The notes beneath the pieces were generated by a model, which was not told where the DNA came from, searched no databases, and saw only the letters and a program-made list of their open reading frames with translations. This document shows positions 8,857-17,606 of a DNA stretch of 31,390 nt, piece after piece. Position numbers and translations under genes: made by a program. Origin of the DNA: Granulicella sp. (GTDB taxonomy: Bacteria > Acidobacteriota > Terriglobia > Terriglobales > Acidobacteriaceae); the NCBI GenBank assembly GCA_027339965.1, contig DAHWNL010000027.1:1-31390 (forward strand), in the 5' to 3' direction. Numbering within the stretch: the first letter of the stretch is position 1; each line of letters opens with the position of its first letter.

Positions 8857-10515
8857 ATGCGATCGATGGCAGCGCAACTGTGGGCTCTTTCACTTCTTTC
8901 TGCTCTCTTGCAGGTCTTGCCTTTTCCGATCGCTGGTCCGGTTCCGTTATGGAGAAGGGTGTTTTGCTGGTTCTGCCTGACGCCCCTTCTGGCTGCTCTG
9001 CTGCATCGTGATGGAAGCGGCAGATCAACGAGACTCCTTCAGGGAGCCTTTCTTGGCTATATCCAAGGTGTTCTTTGGTACGGGGGGAACTGCTACTGGA
9101 TCTACCGTACCATGCATCTCTATGGAGGTATTCCGCGGCTTCCTTCCTTCGGAATTCTCCTTCTTTTTTCGCTTTATCTGGGGCTCTATACGGCGCTTTT
9201 TGGTCTTCTGGTTGCCTCGCTCGGGTACAGATATTCACGAAATCAGGTTCTTTGCGCCACTCCGTTTTTATGGGTTGCCGTGGAGCTGGCGCGCGCCCGC
9301 ATCACGGGATTTCCCTGGGATCTTCTGGGTTATACGCAGATCGATAATCTGCTTCTGATCCGGCTGGCGCCATGGACCGGAGTGATGGGATTGTCGTTTG
9401 TCGTCGCGGCAGGAAATGCGCTGTGGCTGCTGCGGCCAGAACCTGCGATGAAACTGATCTCAGGCTCTGACCTGCGCAGGCAAGGATACCGCTCGTCTTT
9501 CAGATTTGTGGGCGTTGCATTGGCCACTCTTGTTGCAGTCGTTGCAACGATCGTGGCCATGGATGGCGCGCATAGAGTTGAAGAGCGAGCTCCAGAGGTA
9601 GCGACGCTGCTGCAGGAAAATCTGAGAGTAGGAAGTGAGGCTTCCACGGAGACTGAGAGCAAGCAGCAGATGCTCGCTTCTTTCTCCCAACTCAGCCTCC
9701 AACCAACCTATTCCATCACAGACAGGGAGCGCCAACTTTACGGAATCCAACCCGGACAGACATCGCGAATCATCATCTGGCCGGAGGCTCCGACGGATTT
9801 TGTCGATAGCGATCCGATGTTGCGAAGCACGATTGGCAGGCTGGCGGTTGAGACCAAGGCTGCCGTGATTGTGAATGATATTACGTTGGCTGGGTATCAA
9901 AACGGTGAACCCAGGCTCTATAACTCCGCCAGCTTCTTCCGTTCCAACGGATCGTATGCAGGCCGCTACGACAAGATGCACCTGGTGCCTTTTGGGGAAT
10001 ACGTGCCCTACAAGCCACTCTTTTTCTTTACCGGGAATCTTCTTGACGGACTGCTCTTCGTTCCGGGGGCTCAGCGTTCGGTTTTTATGGCGGGCGCCCG
10101 GGAGTATGGCGTCTTTATCTGTTACGAGTCGATCTTCGGCGACGAACTGAGGCATTTTCCCATGGAGGGAGCTCAAGCGCTGGTGAATATCTCTGACGAT
10201 GGGTGGTATGGAGACACCAGCGCGCCGTGGGAGCATCTGGATATGGTGCGAATGCGAGCCGTTGAGAATCATCGCTGGCTGTTGCGCGCCACCAACACGG
10301 GAGTGACGGCGGCGATTGATCCTGAGGGTCGCGTCATCAGGACGATTCCGCGCCATATTCGGGCCTCTGTGCAGGTCCCGTTTGGTTTTTGCAGCGATAT
10401 TACGTTCTACAGCCGCCATGGAGACTGGTTTGCACGGCTTTGCGCCCTGGCAACCTGCATGCTGTTGCTTTTGGGAGAATGGACAGCCCGATTACCCGGC
10501 CTGACAGGGCGTTAG
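8857..10515 (+). CDS. lnt: Apolipoprotein N-acyltransferase
   Basis: Multi-TM N-terminus, GFPWDLLGY, and the nitrilase-fold triad IIWPE / YDKMHLVPFGEYVP / ICYES, plus RAVEN and RATNTG. Start at ATG 8857 is inferred (GTG 8821 is the alternative). Confidence 0.93.
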   Translation: MRSMAAQLWALSLLSALLQVLPFPIAGPVPLWRRVFCWFCLTPLLAALLHRDGSGRSTRLLQGAFLGYIQGVLWYGGNCYWIYRTMHLYGGIPRLPSFGILLLFSLYLGLYTALFGLLVASLGYRYSRNQVLCATPFLWVAVELARARITGFPWDLLGYTQIDNLLLIRLAPWTGVMGLSFVVAAGNALWLLRPEPAMKLISGSDLRRQGYRSSFRFVGVALATLVAVVATIVAMDGAHRVEERAPEVATLLQENLRVGSEASTETESKQQMLASFSQLSLQPTYSITDRERQLYGIQPGQTSRIIIWPEAPTDFVDSDPMLRSTIGRLAVETKAAVIVNDITLAGYQNGEPRLYNSASFFRSNGSYAGRYDKMHLVPFGEYVPYKPLFFFTGNLLDGLLFVPGAQRSVFMAGAREYGVFICYESIFGDELRHFPMEGAQALVNISDDGWYGDTSAPWEHLDMVRMRAVENHRWLLRATNTGVTAAIDPEGRVIRTIPRHIRASVQVPFGFCSDITFYSRHGDWFARLCALATCMLLLLGEWTARLPGLTGR

Positions 10516-10549
10516 CGTCACGGCTGAACACCGAGTAGACTATATACCT

Positions 10550-11678
10550 ATGCTGAGTGATCTTGAGTTTTCCTACTCCCCGGTTCGCGAGAAAGTGCGT
10601 GATCTGCGGGAGTATCTTTGACGCCCCTCGCCTGCGTTCCGAGCTAGCCTCCGTTGAACAAAAGATCTCCGACCCATCCGTATGGGCGGATGCGGCAAAG
10701 TCGCAACCGCTGATGCGCGAGCGCAAGCGTCTGGAGACGCTACTGGCCGATGAGGCGGAGTTGGAGCGGCGCTCCGAAGACATCGAAGCTTACTTCGAAC
10801 TTGCTCGTGAGGGTGAAGACACAGAAGCCGACCTGAAACGTGAGATTCCAGGGCTGCTGGAGTTTGCTGAAAAGCTGGAGTCCAGAACCATGCTGAGCGG
10901 CGAAACGGATCCGCTGCCCGCAATTGTCACGGTGCATCCGGGTGCCGGAGGCACTGAAAGCCAGGACTGGGCTGAGATGTTGATGCGAATGTACCTTCGC
11001 TGGGGCGAGCGCCAGGGCTTCAAGGTCGAGATCAACGAGATCCAGGATGGCGATGAGGCGGGCATCAAGTCCGCTACCTTCACCATTTCCGGCGAATTCG
11101 CCTTTGGTCTGCTGAGCGGAGAGACGGGAGTGCATCGCCTGGTGCGAATCTCGCCATTCGATTCCGCAAAACGCCGCCACACCAGCTTTGCCAGCGTGTT
11201 TGTCTCGCCGGAGATCGACGATACGATCGTCATTGATATCAAACCCGAGGAGCTTCGCATCGACACCTATCGGTCTGGCGGCAAGGGTGGCCAGCATGTG
11301 AATACCACCGATTCCGCCGTTCGTATTACTCATATCCCCACTGGGATTGTGACCGGCTGCCAGAATGAGCGTTCCCAGCACAAGAATAAGGATCGGGCCA
11401 TGAAGATGATGCGGTCCAAGCTCTATGAGTACGAACTAGAAAAGAAAAAAGAGGTTAGCCGCAAGCTGGAGGACTCCAAACTCGACATTAAGTTCGGATC
11501 CCAGATTCGCAGTTATGTTTTGCAGCCCTACCGCATGGCCAAGGATCTGCGCACGAGAGTGGAGGTGGGGGATGTGGACAAGGTCCTGGACGGAGATCTC
11601 GAGCCTTTTATTAGGGGCTATCTGCGGATGCGGAGAGAGGGCGGGGTTCCGGCGCCTGTGGCCGAGGACGAAGAGTAA
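10550..11678 (+). CDS. prfB: Peptide chain release factor 2, join(10550..10618,10620..11678) via +1 frameshift
   Basis: ATG 10550 reads MLSDLEFSYSPVREKVRDLREYL to CTT TGA C. The +1 frame continues DAPRL... and contains SPF and GGQ motifs. Confidence 0.97.
10608..10622 (+). promoter_or_regulatory. RF2 autoregulatory +1 frameshift site
   Basis: GGGAG-TAT-CTT-TGA-C: internal SD, 3-nt spacer, slippery CTT T and an in-frame UGA, which is the canonical prfB signal. Confidence 0.95.
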
Positions 11679-11699
11679 GGTAGGTTCCAAGCGGGAGGG

Positions 11700-11720
11700 C
11701 GCGGCGAAGAAGGCGCCGCG
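11700..11720. terminator. Hairpin between convergent prfB and recR
   Basis: CGCGGCG-N7-CGCCGCG perfect inverted repeat with no clear U-tract. Confidence 0.35.
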
Positions 11721-11792
11721 GAGCCTGGTTCGGGCTCGGGCGCTATGGTGTAGGCGGGAGCGCAGAGCAATGACCCAGACGTCGCCCTTACC

Positions 11793-12398
11793 TCATTCCA
11801 TCGTTCGTCGACCCTCCAGGGCACGGGTCATGGTCACCTGGTCGGCATATTCAATATCGCTTCCGGCAGGAACGCCGGTTGCAATCCGGCTGATGCGCAG
11901 CAGCGGATAGCGCTTGTGCGCCTCATCGGCGATATAGTGCGCCGTCGCTTCGCCCTCCATGGTAGGCGAAGTTGCCAGAATCAGCTCGTCGGCGCGTTCC
12001 AGACGCGGCCAGAGATTGGCTAGACGGAGATGCTCAGGACCCACGCCATTAACCGGAGAGATCGTCCCATGCAGCACATGATAGAGGCCATGGAAGCTGC
12101 CGGTCCTTTCGATGGCGTTGATGCTGGTTGGCTCCTCGACGGTACAGACGAGATGCGGATTGCGTCCCGGATGGGAGCAGAAGGCGCAAGGGTCAACGTC
12201 AGTGATGTGATTGCACAGAGAACACAAACGGAGCTTGGCGCGCAAACGGAGAATCGCTTCGGAGAGCGCCTCCGCATCGCTGCTGGGTGCGCGGAGAAGG
12301 TGAAACGCAAAGCGCTGCGCCGATTTGGTCCCTACTCCCGGGAGTTTGCGGAGCTCCTCGATGAGCCTCTCCATGGCCTCTGCATAGCGTGCCGCCAT
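11793..12398 (-). CDS. recR: Recombination mediator RecR
   Basis: HhH LPGVGTKSAQR, C4 zinc finger CSLCNH...CAFC, Toprim YHVLHG, EGEATA, ALEGRR. Confidence 0.97.
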   Translation of the reverse strand: MAARYAEAMERLIEELRKLPGVGTKSAQRFAFHLLRAPSSDAEALSEAILRLRAKLRLCSLCNHITDVDPCAFCSHPGRNPHLVCTVEEPTSINAIERTGSFHGLYHVLHGTISPVNGVGPEHLRLANLWPRLERADELILATSPTMEGEATAHYIADEAHKRYPLLRISRIATGVPAGSDIEYADQVTMTRALEGRRTME

Positions 12399-12400
12399 GG

Positions 12401-12718
12401 CTAGAATCCAGGGAGGCCAAGGCTCCCCATGATGTTGGCCGCGCTGGACTTGCCAGCGTCATCGGCTTTGCGAGCACAGGCGTTGATGGCCGCGACAATC
12501 AGGTCTTCCAGCAGGGTGAGATCAGAGGCTGCGGCCTGGGCGGCCGAGGGTGCGATGGTAAGGCTTAGCAGCTCCTTGCGGCCATTCATGCGAGCCTTGA
12601 CCGCTCCGCCGCCAGCCTCGGCCTCGACGATGGAGCCGGCCAGGCGCTGATCGATGGTCTGCTGGATCTGCTGCGCCTGGGCTAACATCTCTTGCATCTT
12701 GTTCATGTCAATTTCCAT
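12401..12718 (-). CDS. ybaB: YbaB/EbfC nucleoid-associated protein
   Basis: MLAQAQQIQ...EAEAGGGAVK...NG...LEDLIVAAIN. Canonical position between dnaX and recR. Confidence 0.93.
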   Translation of the reverse strand: MEIDMNKMQEMLAQAQQIQQTIDQRLAGSIVEAEAGGGAVKARMNGRKELLSLTIAPSAAQAAASDLTLLEDLIVAAINACARKADDAGKSSAANIMGSLGLPGF

Positions 12719-12894
12719 AAGTTTCGACTGGCCTCTTTTGGATGAGAACTGTTTCTACGCTTCATTTGGCATGGCGTCGGACATCTCCTGCCGCGCATCC
12801 GAACCGCAAGATTAGGTTGAACTTCTCATCCGCCGGCATGGGGCATAAACCGTGTATGCAGCGGAGACGCTCGCCGAGTTCAGCAGGTCGCTCC

Positions 12895-15045
12895 CTATTC
12901 TCTCTCTCGCAGGTCGAGGATGTTACTGATCTCGGCGGAGAACAAGCGCTGGGCCTCTTGAACCATGGGATGATTCCTGGCCAACTCCGCGACTGACCCT
13001 GCGGCGACAGGGCGGGGCTTGCGAACTTTGTCGGCCGAGGTACTGGCTGCGGGAATGAGCGTGAAGCTGCGGACGCCGAAGGCAGCACTGCGAAGAGCCG
13101 CCTGGAGAATACGCTCCGCGTCGCTATTGATGACCACTGGCAGCATGGTGGCGGAGACGGGGACGTGAATCTCCAGGGATTGGCCGTTCCGTTTGAGAGT
13201 GGAGTCCTCTATCTGCTCGGAGGCGGACTGCTGGCCCTTGACGGCGGCCAGGGCGGAGACGAGGGCTGTCTGCAGAGCCTCCAGAGAAGTGTCATTTGCA
13301 GGCGAGACTGGGCAGGAGGGGCCTGCGGTCGCCGCCTGACCAGGAACCAATTGCGGGCCTTCATGAGGGAGTGAGATGCTTTCGGATTGCAGATCCTCTT
13401 GCAGGGAACTGCGAAACGAAGGCGGGACGGTCGGAAGTGGCTCATCGGCCAGCGCCAGGGAACCGGATGTCACGGCGGAGGCTCCGGAAAGAAGGCCAGC
13501 GCCCTGATTGCTTTTGCCTGGGGGGCTGAGGAGCGTATCCGGCGCAACGAACCGGGATCCTGCCGGGGTCACAGGAGAGCCAGCCGAGCCCCGCATCGTT
13601 CGAGGCGCCTTACCGGCGGGCTCCGTCTGTGCGCCATGTGTAGACGGAGTGCTGACGGCCGCTGAGGCCGGCTCAATCCTGCTCATCCAGGGTGAGGCGG
13701 CAGGCGAAGGTGAGGCGGCAGGCGAAAATGCCGCAGCAGAGGACGAGGAGCGAGCGGTGGATGCAGGGGTGCTGGGGAGAGCAGTTGGCTTGGCGCCCAG
13801 TTGGCTCAGGATCTCCTCGATCGGCAGCAGACGCTGCACATGGACCAGTTTGAGCAGACCCAGCTCCAGATGGAAGCGCTGTTCCTGACGATAGCCGAGC
13901 TCGTCGAAGGTGCGCAGCATGATGGCGAGAAAGCGGGATAGTTCTTCTTCGGTGAAAAGGGCTGCGGAGCGGGCGGCGCGGCTGCGTTCCTCGGGGGAGA
14001 TCTGAAGCAGATCGGCGGCGATGCCGGTGGCTTCCTGTTGTGCGGAGAGGTTGGTGACCTTGGCCACGATGGCATTGCGCAGGTAGCGGACAAACTGACG
14101 CGCCAGTTGCGATGCTCCGTTACCGGCATCCAGCAGGCGGCCGGCAATGGAGAGAACCTCCGCCGAGTTAGCGTTGTGAACCGCCTCCAGAATCTGCTCG
14201 AAGACCTGATTGGAGACCGAGCCCATGAGCTCGCGTACTTGTTCGATCGCCAGATGCGGCCGGAGCGCCTCGGTATTACTCTGCTGGAAGGCTGCCGGCA
14301 CAAGCTGCGCCGAGGCGATGGCCTGGTCCATGATGGAAAGGGCGTCGCGCATCGAACCGTCCCCAGCTTCTGCGAGCAGCGTCAGAGTCGCGTCATCGAC
14401 GTCGATGTTTTCCCAGCTGGCGATGGAGCGAAGCTGCCCGATGATGTCTTCCAGACGGACGGCGTGAAAGCTGAAGTGCTGGCAGCGCGAGCGGATGGTT
14501 TGGGGAATATCCTCCGGCTGCGTAGTGGCAAACATGAAGATGGCCCAATCCGGGGGCTCTTCGAGCGTTTTGAGCAGGGCATTCCAGGCAGCATCAGTGA
14601 TCTGGTGCGCTTCATCAAGGATGATGATGCGATATTTGCTCTTGTTGGTCGGCCGGGTCTGGATCTTGGCAGTGAGCAGCCGAGCGTCATCGATGCCGCG
14701 GTTGGTGGCGGCGTCGATCTCTTCGACGTCAAAGGAGTGAGACTCTTCAAAGATGGAGCTCTCCTGGCGAGAGGCTGAGGAGATCTCCCGGCAGTTGACG
14801 CAGTTGCGGCAGGGCTCCTGGGTGGGGCGTTCCTCAGTACCAACCGCAGTGCTGCAGTTGAGCGCCGCGGCCAGAATGCGAGCAATCGTCGTTTTGCCGA
14901 TCCCGCGGTGACCGCTGAAGATGTAGCCGTGAGCGATGCGATGTTGCGTAAGGGCGTTTAGCAAGGTGCGGGTGACGTGGTCCTGCCCAACGACATCCGA
15001 GAAGAGCTGGGGGCGGTACTTGCGGGCTAAAACTTGGTAAGCCAT
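12895..15045 (-). CDS. dnaX: DNA polymerase III subunit gamma/tau
   Basis: MAYQVLARKYRPQ, Walker A GHRGIGKTT, EIDAATNRG, Walker B LDEAH, NALLKTLEEPP, TIRSRC, GSMRDALS, and a long Pro/Ser/Ala linker. Confidence 0.96.
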   Translation of the reverse strand: MAYQVLARKYRPQLFSDVVGQDHVTRTLLNALTQHRIAHGYIFSGHRGIGKTTIARILAAALNCSTAVGTEERPTQEPCRNCVNCREISSASRQESSIFEESHSFDVEEIDAATNRGIDDARLLTAKIQTRPTNKSKYRIIILDEAHQITDAAWNALLKTLEEPPDWAIFMFATTQPEDIPQTIRSRCQHFSFHAVRLEDIIGQLRSIASWENIDVDDATLTLLAEAGDGSMRDALSIMDQAIASAQLVPAAFQQSNTEALRPHLAIEQVRELMGSVSNQVFEQILEAVHNANSAEVLSIAGRLLDAGNGASQLARQFVRYLRNAIVAKVTNLSAQQEATGIAADLLQISPEERSRAARSAALFTEEELSRFLAIMLRTFDELGYRQEQRFHLELGLLKLVHVQRLLPIEEILSQLGAKPTALPSTPASTARSSSSAAAFSPAASPSPAASPWMSRIEPASAAVSTPSTHGAQTEPAGKAPRTMRGSAGSPVTPAGSRFVAPDTLLSPPGKSNQGAGLLSGASAVTSGSLALADEPLPTVPPSFRSSLQEDLQSESISLPHEGPQLVPGQAATAGPSCPVSPANDTSLEALQTALVSALAAVKGQQSASEQIEDSTLKRNGQSLEIHVPVSATMLPVVINSDAERILQAALRSAAFGVRSFTLIPAASTSADKVRKPRPVAAGSVAELARNHPMVQEAQRLFSAEISNILDLRERE

Positions 15046-15130
15046 CGTCAAAGGGTCCTGACGCTTTCGATTGTATCGCTCCACGGTGTGGAGCCATCTG
15101 CACGCAGCCAAGCCCTCTTGTCTTTGGCAA

Positions 15131-15275
15131 GGGAGCGGGTCATGGGAAGCCGAGGGCAAGGTTCCGTACCCGCTTCTGGCTCGCGCTCGTCAAGCGGGAT
15201 CGGTTCGGGTTCGCACCCGGCTGATCGCAGTCAGCCGGGAAGGATTCATGGCCCACGGGAGTTTCCGTTCCGGGA
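15131..15275. ncRNA. Candidate structured RNA of unknown family
   Basis: Nested inverted repeats: 15135-15144/15247-15256, 15169-15175/15192-15198 and 15216-15224/15231-15239 (see findings). Confidence 0.35.
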
Positions 15276-15293
15276 GGTTCACAGCTAGCCCGT

Positions 15294-15764
15294 TCAAGTT
15301 CGGCGTTGCTTGCGGGCGTTTTTGCGCGCCCGGCGTCTCAGTTCTTCATCAGAGAACATGGTGCCGCGGCATTGGGGAGCTTGGCAGTAACAATCCGCGC
15401 TCTGATCGTCGGAGTCGTAGAGGTTGTACTCGTAGAGCAGTTCTTCGTTGGCGGCGATGTTGCGGATGGAGCGGATGTAGACCCGGCCATTGGACTCTTC
15501 GGTCTGGCAGTTGGGGTCGCAGGAATGGTTCAGAAACATCGCCGTGCCGAAGCCGTCAATCACGTCACCTTGGTTGCCGAAGCCGAAGAGATAGGTGACC
15601 GGCCGATCCGCGTAACGCCGGTCGGCGTCCTTCTTGGAGATGCGGGGTCCATCGTACTCCAGGATGCGGTACCCTTTGGGGATTGGGTCCAGGGTGTAAC
15701 ATCCTGCGGCATGGATGGAGGAGGAGCGGATCAGGAGACGGGGGCGCATGGTGCGGCTCGGCAT
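15294..15764 (-). CDS. SET-domain protein-lysine methyltransferase with post-SET Cys cluster
   Basis: SSIHAAG, ILEYDG, FLNHSCDPNC, EELLYEY, post-SET CYCQAPQCRG, and a basic C-terminal tail. Confidence 0.92.
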   Translation of the reverse strand: MPSRTMRPRLLIRSSSIHAAGCYTLDPIPKGYRILEYDGPRISKKDADRRYADRPVTYLFGFGNQGDVIDGFGTAMFLNHSCDPNCQTEESNGRVYIRSIRNIAANEELLYEYNLYDSDDQSADCYCQAPQCRGTMFSDEELRRRARKNARKQRRT

Positions 15765-15847
15765 GGGTTGGAGTATAGCAAGAGGGCAGTTGAGATCGCC
15801 GCATCGGGGGGCTATCCTGGCCAGCCAAGATGTCGTCTAATAGAGGC

Positions 15848-16702
15848 ATGCAGAGGGCGTGGAGGCGGAGAGGGCTGGTGTCGTTTGCCGCTGGTTTGGG
15901 GCTGGCGTTAGCCGTGCGGGCTGCGCCGGCCCAGCCGCAGGGTGGATGCACATTTACCGATTCGAATGGCAAGACCGTCTTCTGGCCGAACTGTCAGCCT
16001 CCGAGCAACAGCCAGCCGCAGAGCGGAAGTCCCCAGCCACAGAGCCCGGCTCCCGCGCCGGGGAGCAGCGCGGCGAAGAACTTTCCCTACCCGGGAGATG
16101 CGGCGAGTCCGAAAACGCCGGGTACCCAGACGGGAGGTGGAGGAGCCGGACCCACGCCGGCCGCTTCACGTTTTCCATTTCCCGGAGATGATTCCAGCGG
16201 GGGCGCCCAGCCGTCGGCAGCGTCCGTTCCTCCCAACAATGGTTCTCTCCCGGGTTCGGGAGGCTCGGGTTCCGCAGGTTCAGGTTCGGGCGATTCAAGC
16301 AGTTCAAGCAGTGATGCCGCACCTTCGGGCCCGCTGGGCAATGGGGATACAGACCCGGCGGCGGCGGCAGCGGCGGCGCGCCGAGCTGCTTGGATGAAGA
16401 AAGAGCAGGGCGGGATCGACTTCCACCAGACCCGGGTTCAACGCGAAGTGGAAGATCTGAAAGTTGCTTCGTTTTATGAGGATAGCGGGAACTACAGGGG
16501 AGCGTATCTGCGCGCGCGCGATGCGGTTTCGATTGATGACGATGACGCTCAGGCGCACCTGGCTCTGGCGGAGGCGGCGCGACGGCTGGGTAAGCTCGAT
16601 GAGGCAGAGGCGCAGTACAAGAAGTGCCTCAGTATGGATCCTGTGCCCAAGGTAAAGAAGGCAGCCCAGCGAGCGCTCAGGGAGATGACCCACGGAAGCT
16701 AG
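15848..16702 (+). CDS. Secreted Pro/Ser/Gly-rich protein with C-terminal TPR domain
   Basis: Signal peptide (MQRAWRRRGLVSFAAGLGLALAVRAAPA), low-complexity linker, and TPR-like helices AHLALAEAARRLGKLDEAEAQYKKCL. Start could instead be 15830. Confidence 0.75.
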   Translation: MQRAWRRRGLVSFAAGLGLALAVRAAPAQPQGGCTFTDSNGKTVFWPNCQPPSNSQPQSGSPQPQSPAPAPGSSAAKNFPYPGDAASPKTPGTQTGGGGAGPTPAASRFPFPGDDSSGGAQPSAASVPPNNGSLPGSGGSGSAGSGSGDSSSSSSDAAPSGPLGNGDTDPAAAAAAARRAAWMKKEQGGIDFHQTRVQREVEDLKVASFYEDSGNYRGAYLRARDAVSIDDDDAQAHLALAEAARRLGKLDEAEAQYKKCLSMDPVPKVKKAAQRALREMTHGS

Positions 16703-16883
16703 CGCTTTCTCCGCCCATCTCTTCCCAAACCCTCCACCTTGCCTGGACATCCTCTCCCTGAAAGCCTTGTCCTCTGGGTGGAAGGGAGGGGCCAAGGGCA
16801 ACTGCTCCCGTGGACTCTATCTTTCAAATTAAGGGTAAAGCCCTTCGTTCCACGGGTCTCTCTCCTGGCTTGCCGCCACCAGG

Positions 16884-17507
16884 CTACTTCAGGGGACGGA
16901 GGAGGAAGGCGGGTGTACCCGTGGGAATCGGCCGCGGCAGAGGCTTGACTCGGCGGTCTCCCGGTGTAGGGGCTGCAGGCTTCGACTTGGCCCTTCCGCT
17001 CCCAACAGCGGGGCTCCCATCTTTACTCGCACTCTTTGGCCTGCCCGCTTGACTGGTCGAAGACGCTTCTGTGTCACGCTCTTCGGTCCTGGCCATTTGG
17101 ATCTCTTCGCTCAGATCCTCTTCAACATTTAAGTACTTGCGAAGGTAGCGGAGCGGCTCTTCAGCCAGGGCCATCTCGCGCAGGTGGTAGCGCCAGGCAT
17201 CGCGCCGCGCAGAACGGCGGATGAAGCCTTTGCGCTGCACCGTCTGAATGGTACCGTCCGGCATAGGGCGCTGAAAAGCTTGAGCGGGGACGGCAAAGGT
17301 GATCTCCTCACCAGCCTTCCAAAAGGCATGAGCAAATTCATGGGAGAACAAGAGTGCGTAGTAGCGCCGCTGTTGGTCCAGCAGGATGAGGGCCGCTTCG
17401 GCGCTGATCCATGGAAGGCCAAGCCGGCTGGTGTACCAGCGGCGGAACTCGAAGCCGTTGCTGCGCGCACGGCCCACAACGATTGTGAGTAGTTCCAGGC
17501 GGGTCAT
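16884..17507 (-). CDS. Hypothetical protein
   Basis: 207-aa ORF with a globular-looking N-terminal ~130 aa and a disordered tail, co-oriented downstream of ccmH. Confidence 0.75.
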   Translation of the reverse strand: MTRLELLTIVVGRARSNGFEFRRWYTSRLGLPWISAEAALILLDQQRRYYALLFSHEFAHAFWKAGEEITFAVPAQAFQRPMPDGTIQTVQRKGFIRRSARRDAWRYHLREMALAEEPLRYLRKYLNVEEDLSEEIQMARTEERDTEASSTSQAGRPKSASKDGSPAVGSGRAKSKPAAPTPGDRRVKPLPRPIPTGTPAFLLRPLK

Positions 17508-17606
17508 GGAGCCAAGGGATCCAGCATCAGACTTACCCTCCTGAGTTTACTCCTTGGGTGGAGGTGGAAACTTCTGGCTGCAGAACTTGGCCGATCGATG
17601 AAAAGA

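Noticed and set aside
11440..11452. AAAAAAG run in prfB as a -1 slippery site
   Set aside because: It reads AAA AAA G in frame, not the A AAA AAG register, and simply encodes Lys-Lys-Glu.
12895..15045. E. coli-style gamma/tau frameshift in dnaX
   Set aside because: No A AAA AAG heptamer or long A-run seen on the coding strand.
15046..15293. SRP RNA (ffs) call based on position upstream of dnaX
   Set aside because: The helix-8 signature was not found on either strand, so it is kept only as an unassigned structured RNA candidate.
15834..15841. ECF-type -10 element CGTCTAA before the TPR gene (and CATCTAA near 7116)
   Set aside because: No convincing matching -35 (GAAC/AAC) element at the right spacing.
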